NCBI GenBank assembly: GCA_965644315.1
Contig: CBFFRQ010000185.1
Location: forward strand, 1 to 16,064
Direction: 5' to 3'
DNA: 16,064 nucleotides
Source: Caecitellus pseudoparvulus
Taxonomy: Eukaryota > Protista > Bigyra: Bicosoecida
Positions 1 to 7,242 of this stretch are shown piece by piece (the first letter of the stretch is position 1; each line of letters starts with the position of its first letter). The position numbers were made by a program, and so were the translations under genes. The notes below the pieces were generated by a model. The model ran no database searches, had not been told where the DNA came from, and saw nothing but the letters and a program-made list of their open reading frames with translations.

Positions 1-7
1 GCCCCCG

Positions 8-541
8 GTGGTCACCCAACCACCACCGGCACAAGAACGCCGCCGCTCACTGTTTGACATTGTCATGCAAGCCTCCGATGCTGGTGCCCACATGACAGCA
101 TCAACTGCATCAGAAGCAGACGCCAGTGTGACAGCAGCACCAGGTGCGTCACTCGGCAAAAGCCTGGCACTGAGACACGACACTCTTGGCATTGAAGCTG
201 CTTTCGACGCCATCAGCCAAGGCGCCCACCACTCGAGTCTCCCGCCCCCCAAACACAATACTTCGGCACACCCTGCTCCAGAGGTACATGACTCCGTCGA
301 CTTTCCTTCCCAGCCTGACCTCACATGTTCAGACAAAACTGGGCCGGCGCAGCCACACTGGACACGCCAGATGGATGCCTTGCTCCTTCGTGGGTTGCTG
401 CAGGGCACACAACCCACATGGACTGGCAGACTCCAAGCCACCTGCACAGCCCTGGCGCCACATGGGGTCTCTTCCGTCGAGCAGGTCGAGCACCGTTGGA
501 ACCTCCAATACGCGGCGAAGGTTAGGCAACCACTACCCTGA
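8..541 (+). CDS. 3' part of a hypothetical protein with a possible C-terminal Myb/SANT-like domain (5'-truncated by window edge)
   Basis: Frame is open from the window edge to TGA at 539-541. The C-terminus HWTRQMDALLL...W...SVEQVEHRW resembles the Myb/SANT pattern WT.EED.LL...W...S..Q...RW. Single-copy sequence outside the array. Confidence 0.45.
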   Translation: MVTQPPPAQERRRSLFDIVMQASDAGAHMTASTASEADASVTAAPGASLGKSLALRHDTLGIEAAFDAISQGAHHSSLPPPKHNTSAHPAPEVHDSVDFPSQPDLTCSDKTGPAQPHWTRQMDALLLRGLLQGTQPTWTGRLQATCTALAPHGVSSVEQVEHRWNLQYAAKVRQPLP

Positions 542-572
542 CATCCCGAAATCACGCAAACCTGCAGGTAAC

Positions 573-1052
573 ATGGCCGGGACCCCACACCAGGGCCCCG
601 CTCTCGCTGGCCTCGCCGCCGGTGCAGCCGTGGCCACGGGAGTGCACCTGGCGAGCCAAACTGCCGGCACTGTTGCTGGCGCGGGCCTCAGCCTGGCATC
701 CACCGCCATGACGGAGGGCACACGGGCAGTGGGCGGTGACGTGGCCGCGGCAGCTGTGGCAGGTGTGTGTGGTGCTGGGTGTGCCCTGGCCGCGACAGCC
801 GCCAGCACCACCGGCACAGTGGCCAGTGCGGCGGCAGGCGCATTCACGTCCGTGGTGGTGACGGCTGTAGGCTCTGCGGCGCTGCATGGTGTGCGTGCGG
901 CGAGCGCGGGTGTGGTGGGTGGTCAGGGCGGGCATGGGGATGTGTGGAGGTGCGGGGAGGGGGGTCCGCTGTGGTGTGAGGTGGATGATGGGTATGTGTG
1001 TGTGTCTCGTCCGGGTGGGTGTGTGAGGGGCGGGGGTGGTGGAGAGGGATGA
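573..1052 (+). CDS. 159-aa Ala/Gly/Thr/Val-rich hydrophobic protein, copy 1 (unknown function)
   Basis: ATG 573 to TGA 1050-1052. Frame is kept in three copies, and several differences between copies are synonymous (TGT/TGC, GCC/GCT, GTG/GTA, TCT/TCC, GCC/GCG). Confidence 0.6.
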   Translation: MAGTPHQGPALAGLAAGAAVATGVHLASQTAGTVAGAGLSLASTAMTEGTRAVGGDVAAAAVAGVCGAGCALAATAASTTGTVASAAAGAFTSVVVTAVGSAALHGVRAASAGVVGGQGGHGDVWRCGEGGPLWCEVDDGYVCVSRPGGCVRGGGGGEG

Positions 1053-1079
1053 GTTGGTGTGCATTGTGGGCAGTGGTGG

Positions 1080-2921
1080 TCATGCGTGTAGGGAGCGGAT
1101 GTGGGTCTTGAGGTGCTCAGCCCGGCCAAACGCCTTGCCACAATGTGGGCAGTGGTGATCTTTGACGCCCTCATGCACGGTGCGGATGTGAGTCTTGAGG
1201 TCGCCAGCCTCGCCAAACGCCTTGCCACAGTGCGGACAGTGGTGGTCTCTGGCGCCCTCATGCACTGTGCAGATGTGCCGCTTGAGATTGCCAGCCGTGC
1301 CAAACGCCTTGTCACAGTGTGGGCAGTGGTGGTCTTTGGCACCCTCGTGCACAGTGCGGATATGCTTCGTGAGGCTGCCAGCCGTGCCAAACGCCTTGTC
1401 ACAGTGTGGGCAGTGGTGGTCTCTGACACCCTCGTGCACGGTGCGGATGTGGACCTTGAGATTGCCAGCCTGTCCAAATGCCTTGTCACAGTGCGGGCAG
1501 TAGTGATCCTTGGCCCCTTCATGCACGGTGCGGATGTGTCTCTTGAGGCTGCCAGCCTCGCTGAATGCCTTGTCGCAGTGTGGGCAGTGGTGGTCTTTGG
1601 CACCCTCGTGCACGGCGCGGATGTGTCTCTTGAGGTCGGCAGCCTGGCCAAATGTCTTGTCACAGTGTGGGCAGTGGTGTTCTCGCGCACCTTCATGCAC
1701 GGTGCGGATGTGGACCTTGAGATTGCCAGCCGTGCCAAACGCCTTGTCACAGTGTGGGCAGTGGTGATCCTTGGCGCCTTGATGCACGGTGCGGATGTGG
1801 ACCTTGAGATTGCCAGCCTGTCCAAATGCCTTGTCACAGTGCGGGCAGTAGTGATCCTTGGCCCCTTCATGCACGGTGCGGATGTGTCTCTTGAGGCTGC
1901 CAGCCTCGCTGAATGCCTTGTCGCAGTGTGGGCAGTGGTGGTCTCGCGCACCCTCATGCACAGTGCGGACATGTTTCCTCAGATACGCAGCTCCACTGAA
2001 GCTCTTCCCACATACAATGCACACCACACGACCCCCAGCACCTGCCCCCCCATGACACTCACGCCTGTGCTCCTCCACAGCACCCCACGACCCCAACACC
2101 ACATCGCACAGCATGCACCGAGGCACGCCCTGCACACGCGCTCCTGCGCCTCGCCCCACATCTGCCCTCGCCGCCCCAGCCATCTCCACCTCGCCCTCGC
2201 TCTCGCCCTCACCCTCATCACGCGGCATGCTCGTTCCCACATCGCCCATGGCGTCGCCCCCGTGCCCACTGCCGTCACGGCTGTCACTGCCCACCTCCTC
2301 ACATGACACCGTGCTGCCACCGTCGCTGTCAGTGCTGTCACTGTCCCACTCGCTGCCACTGCTGTGGCTCTCACCACCACGGCTGTCCTTGGCCCCACCC
2401 ACACCCACACACCCTCCCGCCCCCCACTCCTCACAGGTGCTTGACCCCCCACTGCTCGTCACCGCCAACCCGCCACAACTCGCTCCGCCACACCGACCAC
2501 CACCGACCACACCGACCACACCCACCTTCCACAGTACCGTGTTCGACACCGTCCCGACATGCCACTGTGCAGACCATGACGGCAGCTCACCCTGCAGTGC
2601 CGCGACGCCCGTGCGCGCCACGCCCTCCAGCCGCCCCACCTGCGCCGCTGACTCTCCACACACCTCGCCACCACGCCCTGCGCCAACGCTCTGACCGTCG
2701 CCACACAACGCGCCCCCACTACACCCCGCCACACCACCCGGCACCTCGCCAGCACACGCTGCACCACACTTCCTCTTGCAGGGACTGGCCTGGCCTCCCG
2801 CCAGCCTGCGCTTCGCGCCCCCCACGGCGCTCACCCTGCCCGCTTGCGTTGCAGGCGCTGCGCCGTGCCTCAAACTGCGCCGGCACGCCACGCCGGGCTG
2901 CCTCGTGCCCACGCAGCTCAT
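1080..2921 (-). CDS. C2H2 zinc-finger protein, 11 tandem fingers plus 1 divergent upstream finger (ZF gene 1)
   Basis: Repeated CPHCDKAF..AG.LK.HIRTVH with EGA(K/R)DH linker (C-x2-C-x12-H-x4-H). Start placed at ATG 2921 (MSCVGT) because it is conserved in all four copies. N-terminus is low-complexity Gly/Ser/acidic with an NLS-like KRR...KRK. Confidence 0.92.
   Translation of the reverse strand: MSCVGTRQPGVACRRSLRHGAAPATQAGRVSAVGGAKRRLAGGQASPCKRKCGAACAGEVPGGVAGCSGGALCGDGQSVGAGRGGEVCGESAAQVGRLEGVARTGVAALQGELPSWSAQWHVGTVSNTVLWKVGVVGVVGGGRCGGASCGGLAVTSSGGSSTCEEWGAGGCVGVGGAKDSRGGESHSSGSEWDSDSTDSDGGSTVSCEEVGSDSRDGSGHGGDAMGDVGTSMPRDEGEGESEGEVEMAGAARADVGRGAGARVQGVPRCMLCDVVLGSWGAVEEHRRECHGGAGAGGRVVCIVCGKSFSGAAYLRKHVRTVHEGARDHHCPHCDKAFSEAGSLKRHIRTVHEGAKDHYCPHCDKAFGQAGNLKVHIRTVHQGAKDHHCPHCDKAFGTAGNLKVHIRTVHEGAREHHCPHCDKTFGQAADLKRHIRAVHEGAKDHHCPHCDKAFSEAGSLKRHIRTVHEGAKDHYCPHCDKAFGQAGNLKVHIRTVHEGVRDHHCPHCDKAFGTAGSLTKHIRTVHEGAKDHHCPHCDKAFGTAGNLKRHICTVHEGARDHHCPHCGKAFGEAGDLKTHIRTVHEGVKDHHCPHCGKAFGRAEHLKTHIRSLHA
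1083..2021 (-). repeat. 87-bp coding minisatellite (11 zinc fingers)
   Basis: First Cys codons of finger 1 (2021) and finger 11 (1151) are exactly 10 x 87 bp apart. Confidence 0.95.
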
Positions 2922-3337
2922 GGTGGGAGTGGGGGGAAGGGCAGCAATGTGCAGTGTGATTCGTGTGCAGTGTGTGCTGTGTGTGGCTGGGAAGTGGTGT
3001 GCGGGGGGAAGTGTGGGGGGTGGGGCAGGAGAGACTCGCCGGCGAGCTGCTCGGGCTGCACGCTCGACTCCACACGCCCACGCCCAAGCCACCATTGCCC
3101 CCACGCCCCCACATCACACACGGCCACATGCACGCCAGCCGCCCACGAGCATGCTGCCGTGCATGGTCTGTACCTGGCTGCATCGCGGCGCACAGTGGAC
3201 TGCCCTGATCACGGGCCCGTCCCCAGCAGCACCCGCAACGCCGGCCGCGTTTCCACGGCGTTTCCCCACACCCATCCACAGCCCAGCCGCACACCTCCAC
3301 AGCACACTGACCACACGCCACACACACACATCTGGTC
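2922..3337. promoter_or_regulatory. Putative bidirectional promoter/5'-UTR region between ZF gene 1 (-) and small ORF copy 2 (+)
   Basis: Head-to-head start codons. Each ATG is preceded on its own sense strand by a CA-rich tract. The region is conserved at 5416-5829 and 10828-11266. No core promoter motif recognised. Confidence 0.5.
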
Positions 3338-3817
3338 ATGGCCGGGACCCCACACCAGGGCCCCGCTCTCGCTGGCCTCGCCGCCGGTGCAGCCGTGGCC
3401 ACGGGAGTGCACCTGGCGAGCCAAGCTGCCGGCACTGTTGCTGGCGCGGGCCTCAGCCTGGCATCCACCGCCATGACGGAGGGCACACGGGCAGTGGGCG
3501 GTGACGTGGCCGCGGCAGCTGTGGCAGGTGTGTGCGGTGCTGGGTGTGCCCTGGCCGCGACAGCTGCCAGCACCACCGGCACAGTGGCCAGTGCGGCGGC
3601 AGGCGCATTCACGTCCGTGGTGGTAACGGCTGCAGGCTCCGCGGCGCTGCATGGTGTGCGTGCGGCGAGCGCGGGTGTGGTGGGTGGTCAGGGCGGGCAT
3701 GGGGATGTGTGGAGGTGCGGGGGGGGGTGTCCGCTGTGGTGTGAGGTGGATGATGGGTATGTGTGTGTGTCTCGTCCGGGTGGGTGTGTGAGGGGCAGGA
3801 GCGGTGGAGAGGGATGA
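3338..3817 (+). CDS. 159-aa Ala/Gly-rich hydrophobic protein, copy 2
   Basis: ATG-to-TGA ORF nearly identical to 573-1052. Confidence 0.62.
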   Translation: MAGTPHQGPALAGLAAGAAVATGVHLASQAAGTVAGAGLSLASTAMTEGTRAVGGDVAAAAVAGVCGAGCALAATAASTTGTVASAAAGAFTSVVVTAAGSAALHGVRAASAGVVGGQGGHGDVWRCGGGCPLWCEVDDGYVCVSRPGGCVRGRSGGEG

Positions 3818-3843
3818 GTTGGTGTGCATTGTGGGCGTAGTGG

Positions 3844-5415
3844 TCATGCGTGTAGGGAGCGGATGTGGGTCTTGAGGTTGCCAGCCGTGCCAAACGTCTT
3901 GTCACAGTGTGGGCAGTGGTGGTCTCGGGCACCTTCGTGCACGGTGCGGATGTGGACCTTGAGATTGCCAGCCCGGCTGAAGGTCTTGTCACAGTGCGGA
4001 CAGTGGTGGTCTCTGGTGCCCTCATGCACGGTGCGGATGTGCCTGTTGAGGTTGCCAGCCGTGCCAAATGTCTTGTCGCAGTGCGGACAGTGGTGGTCTC
4101 GGGCGCCCTCATGCACGGTGCGGATGTGAGTCTTGAGGTTGTCAACCTGGCTGAAGGCCTTGTCGCAGTGCGGACAGTGGTGGTCTTTGGCACCCTCATG
4201 CACGGTGCGGATGTGTCTCTTGAGATGGCCAGCCACGGTAAATGCCTTGTCGCAGTGTGGGCAGTGGTGGTCTCTGGCGCCTTCATGGACGGTGCGGATG
4301 TGTGTGCTGAGGCTGCCTGCCTCGCCAAACCTCTTCTCACAGTGTGGGCAGTGGTGATCCTTGGCGCCTTGATGCACGGTGCGAATGTGGACCTTGAGGC
4401 TGCCAGCGTGCCCGAATGCCTTGTCACAGTGTGGGCAGTTGTGGTCTCTGGCGCCCTCATGCACAGTGCGGACATGTTTCCTCAGATACGCAGCTCCACT
4501 GAAGCTCTTCCCACACACAATGCACACCACACGACCCCCAGCACCTGCTCCCCCATGACACTCACGCCTGTGCTCCTCCACAGCACCCCACGACCCCAAC
4601 ACCACATCGCACAGCATGCACCGAGGCACGCCCTGCACACGCGCTCCTGCGCCTCGCCCCACATCTGCCCTCGCCGCCCCAGCCACCTCGCCCACGCCCT
4701 CGCCACGCGGCATGCTCGTTCCCACATCGCCCATGGCGTCGCCCCCGTGCCCACTGCCGTCACGGGTGCCGCTGCTCACCTCCTCACATGACACCGTGCT
4801 GCCACCGTCGCTGTCAGTGCTGTCACTGTCCCACTCGCTGTCACTGCTGTGCCTCCCGCCACCGCCACCGCACTCCTCGACACCACACACGCCCACGCCC
4901 ACACACCCTCCCGCCCCCCACTCCTCACAGGTGCTTGACCCCCCACTGCTCGTCACCGCCAACCCGCCACAACTCGCTCCGCCACACCGACCACCACCGA
5001 CCACACCGACCACACCCACCTTCCACAGTACCGTGTTCGACACCGTCCCGACATGCCACTGTGCAGACCATGACGGCAGCTCACCCTGCAGTGCCGCGAC
5101 GCCCGTGCGCGCCACGCCCTCCAGCCGCCCCACCTGCGCCGCTGACTCTCCACACACCTCGCCACCACGCCCTGCGCCAACGCTCTGACCGTCGCCACAC
5201 AACGCGCCCCCACTACACCCCGCCACCACGCCCGGCGCCTCGCCACCACACGCTGCGCCACACTTCCTCTTGCAGGGACTGGCCTGGCCTCCCGCCAGCC
5301 TGCGCTTCGCGCCCCCCACGGCGCTCACCCTGCCCGCTTGCGTTGCAGGCGCTGCGCCGTGCCTCAAACTGCGCCGGCACGCCACGCCGGGTTGCCTCGT
5401 GCCCACGCAGCTCAT
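3844..5415 (-). CDS. C2H2 zinc-finger protein, 8 tandem fingers plus 1 divergent finger (ZF gene 2)
   Basis: Paralog of gene 1 with a near-identical N-terminus. Eight C-x2-C-x12-H-x4-H repeats. ATG at 5415, TGA at 3844-3846. Confidence 0.92.
   Translation of the reverse strand: MSCVGTRQPGVACRRSLRHGAAPATQAGRVSAVGGAKRRLAGGQASPCKRKCGAACGGEAPGVVAGCSGGALCGDGQSVGAGRGGEVCGESAAQVGRLEGVARTGVAALQGELPSWSAQWHVGTVSNTVLWKVGVVGVVGGGRCGGASCGGLAVTSSGGSSTCEEWGAGGCVGVGVCGVEECGGGGGRHSSDSEWDSDSTDSDGGSTVSCEEVSSGTRDGSGHGGDAMGDVGTSMPRGEGVGEVAGAARADVGRGAGARVQGVPRCMLCDVVLGSWGAVEEHRRECHGGAGAGGRVVCIVCGKSFSGAAYLRKHVRTVHEGARDHNCPHCDKAFGHAGSLKVHIRTVHQGAKDHHCPHCEKRFGEAGSLSTHIRTVHEGARDHHCPHCDKAFTVAGHLKRHIRTVHEGAKDHHCPHCDKAFSQVDNLKTHIRTVHEGARDHHCPHCDKTFGTAGNLNRHIRTVHEGTRDHHCPHCDKTFSRAGNLKVHIRTVHEGARDHHCPHCDKTFGTAGNLKTHIRSLHA
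3847..4524 (-). repeat. 87-bp coding minisatellite (8 zinc fingers)
   Basis: First Cys codons at 4524 and 3915 are 7 x 87 bp apart. Confidence 0.95.
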
Positions 5416-5829
5416 GGTGGGAGTGGGGGGAAGGGCAGCAATGTGCAGTGTGATTCGTGTGCAGTGTGTGCTGTGTGTGGCTGGGAAGTGGTGTGCGGGG
5501 GGACGTGGGGGGGGGGGGGCAGGAGAGACTCGCCGGCGAGCTGCTCGGGCTGCACGCTCGACTCCACACGCCCACGCCCAAGCCACCATTGCCCCCACGC
5601 CCCCACATCACACACGGCCACATGCACGCCAGCCGCCCACGAGCATGCTGCCGTGCATGGTCTGTACCTGGCTGCATCGCGGCGCACAGTGGACTGCCCT
5701 GATCACGGGCCCGTCCCCAGCAGCACCCGCAACGCCGGCCGCGTTTCCACGGCGTTTCCCCACACCCATCCACAGCCCAGCCGCACACCTCCACAGCACA
5801 CTGACCACACGCCACACACACATCTGGTC
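5416..5829. promoter_or_regulatory. Copy of the putative bidirectional promoter; its + arm now points into the retrotransposon
   Basis: Near-identical to 2922-3337. Ends ...TCTGGTCAT, where the small-ORF ATG is cut (AT|A) by the element. Confidence 0.45.
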
Positions 5830-5831
5830 AT

Positions 5832-5950
5832 AGTCCCACGCTAGTGGCACAATTGTCCCCCGCCGCCCCAACGCAGAGTAGACGACGGCAGGACCGGGCA
5901 TGACAAAACCAGTCATTAGCCGGCCTCGTCACTCTCTTTCCTTTTTTTTC
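5832..5950 (+). repeat. Split direct repeat A1
   Basis: AGTCCCACGCTAGTGG...CTCTCTTTCC(T)nC matches 10518-10637 except for T-run length (8 vs 9). Confidence 0.95.
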
Positions 5951-5953
5951 GAG

Positions 5954-6886
5954 ATGGCATCGGATGATCCAGCTTCCAGCGACACGGAGGGCGGAAGCTG
6001 GGAGGACATCCACGACAAAATGATGTCTGTCAACTCCGCCAAGCAAGCCAAGGCGCTCATAACGGAGCAGGAGTTCGAGTACTGGCTGAAGTGGGCGGAT
6101 TCTGAGGATTTTGGTAAGATGGAGGCCGCTTGGCGCCTCCGGGAGGTGCCCGAGGGATTCCGGGCAGATCGCATGCGATCCCTCATTGCGGGCAGAGCTT
6201 TCCGCCTCCCCGCTGACGGTGCCCCTCATCGCGCAGGCGGCTCACCACGGGGGCACGGCACGAAGCGAACCCGTCCGCGCGGTGCGAGCAGTGGCACGCC
6301 CTACGGCCCGCACCTACCCCCGCGCCCGACCCAGCCGGACGCAGTCGCAGGCGACCTCCCGCAAGATCCCGCCACAGTGCTTACGTGGTTCCTGCAGAGG
6401 GGAGCGACGGTGCCGAGCGAGGACGTCGCCGTGCAGCTGCAGTTCTACGTGGGCTTGGCAACGGAGGAGACATCGCCGTACGCCCTCTCCGCTTGGCCTC
6501 CACGGCGCTTCGCCGCATGGTGCAGACTCAACGGTATTCCCCCCGACCTCACCCCCGACGACATCGTGATGCATTTGCAGCGGGTCCTGGAGGCCGCGCT
6601 GGCGGGCGACGACGACTTTGGCGACGACGATGCCGGCGCCCCGTTCTTTCCCGTTTTCCCGGGCACCACACCGGATGCCGCCCGGTTACAGCCCCGTGCG
6701 GCGGCCCCGGGTCACCCCCGGCCTCCAAGAGGCACAGGGCGGCCTATAGCCCGCAGCCCCCCCCTCCCCCGTGGGGCGGCGGAGCCTCGCCGGCAGTCCA
6801 CCCCGAAGGCGGGTCGGCTGTTTTCGGTCACATGGGGGAGAACAGCGGTCGGTCGTCGCCAGCCGACGAGGTACTGGTCACTGTAG
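5954..6886 (+). CDS. ORF1, putative Gag-like protein, N-terminal part
   Basis: Assigned by position only: first ORF, ATG directly after A1, with an in-frame upstream ATG at 5900. Reads as globular/acidic up to ~6700. No CCHC knuckle seen. Confidence 0.55.
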   Translation: MASDDPASSDTEGGSWEDIHDKMMSVNSAKQAKALITEQEFEYWLKWADSEDFGKMEAAWRLREVPEGFRADRMRSLIAGRAFRLPADGAPHRAGGSPRGHGTKRTRPRGASSGTPYGPHLPPRPTQPDAVAGDLPQDPATVLTWFLQRGATVPSEDVAVQLQFYVGLATEETSPYALSAWPPRRFAAWCRLNGIPPDLTPDDIVMHLQRVLEAALAGDDDFGDDDAGAPFFPVFPGTTPDAARLQPRAAAPGHPRPPRGTGRPIARSPPLPRGAAEPRRQSTPKAGRLFSVTWGRTAVGRRQPTRYWSL

Positions 6887-7239
6887 GCGCGCTGCGGGTC
6901 ATTGGGCCGACCGCACACCCCTCGTCGGCGGTGGCCCGGGACCGCCTGTCAGCCTTGGGGGCAGTTTTCGCTGCGGGGACCACAGACGCCTTGACCACGG
7001 TGGCTGTCGAGATGGCTGAGGCTGCTGCACGAGAGGTGCCCGCAGCAACGGGCCCAGTGCCGTTGCGCCGGACCCACACAGTCGGAGGTAAGCCCGCAGA
7101 ACTTACCCAGGCGCAGGCAGTGGCCATGCTGGTGCGCCAGTGGGAGCGGAAGGTGGCATCCAAGGGACGTGACTTCCAGCGGCGCATGCAGCCCCGCGCT
7201 GTCACCACGGCCATGGTGGAGGCAGCTCTCAGCCTCTAG
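6385..7239 (+). CDS. Overlapping -1 frame: probable continuation of ORF1 or N-terminal extension of pol (likely coding from ~6700-6760)
   Basis: Helical-looking protein after ~6760. Same frame as the RT ORF, separated from it by one TAG (7237-7239). Confidence 0.5.
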   Translation: MVPAEGSDGAERGRRRAAAVLRGLGNGGDIAVRPLRLASTALRRMVQTQRYSPRPHPRRHRDAFAAGPGGRAGGRRRLWRRRCRRPVLSRFPGHHTGCRPVTAPCGGPGSPPASKRHRAAYSPQPPPPPWGGGASPAVHPEGGSAVFGHMGENSGRSSPADEVLVTVGALRVIGPTAHPSSAVARDRLSALGAVFAAGTTDALTTVAVEMAEAAAREVPAATGPVPLRRTHTVGGKPAELTQAQAVAMLVRQWERKVASKGRDFQRRMQPRAVTTAMVEAALSL

Positions 7240-7242
7240 GAG

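Larger units (their letters stand above)
572..5831. repeat. Tandem segmental duplication: unit 1 (572-3336) and unit 2 (3337-5831); further partial/diverged units at 10796-11265 and 11266 to window end
   Basis: Direct alignment by eye. CATGGCCGGGACCCCACAC recurs at 572, 3337 and 11266. Periods are 2765 and 2492 bp; 261 of the 273-bp difference equals three 87-bp fingers. Confidence 0.95.

Noticed and set aside
521-567. Intron (GTTAGG...CTGAC...CTGCAG) fusing the Myb-like ORF to the small ORF
   Set aside because: The donor is weak and splicing would enter the wrong frame of the small ORF.
1083-2021. 87-bp periodic repeats as a CRISPR array
   Set aside because: The units are in-frame C2H2 finger codons with no unique spacers, and there are no cas genes.
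2922-3104. N-terminal extension MGAMVAWAW... of the ZF ORFs
   Set aside because: Starts at a non-ATG codon in the track, is frame-broken in the 10828-11015 copy and is not conserved upstream of gene 3; ATG 2921 is preferred.
5384-5831. A ~450-bp target-site duplication with 10796-11268
   Set aside because: The two copies differ by many substitutions and indels while the element's own repeats are essentially identical, so they are older paralogous units.
923-5844. Many long alternative-frame and antisense ORFs over the ZF genes (e.g. 1101-2306, 923-1972, 3865-4791)
   Set aside because: Shadows of repetitive, GC-rich, stop-poor coding sequence.
7237-7239. Genome-wide TAG reassignment
   Set aside because: Only one internal TAG is seen, and the long host ORFs contain none.
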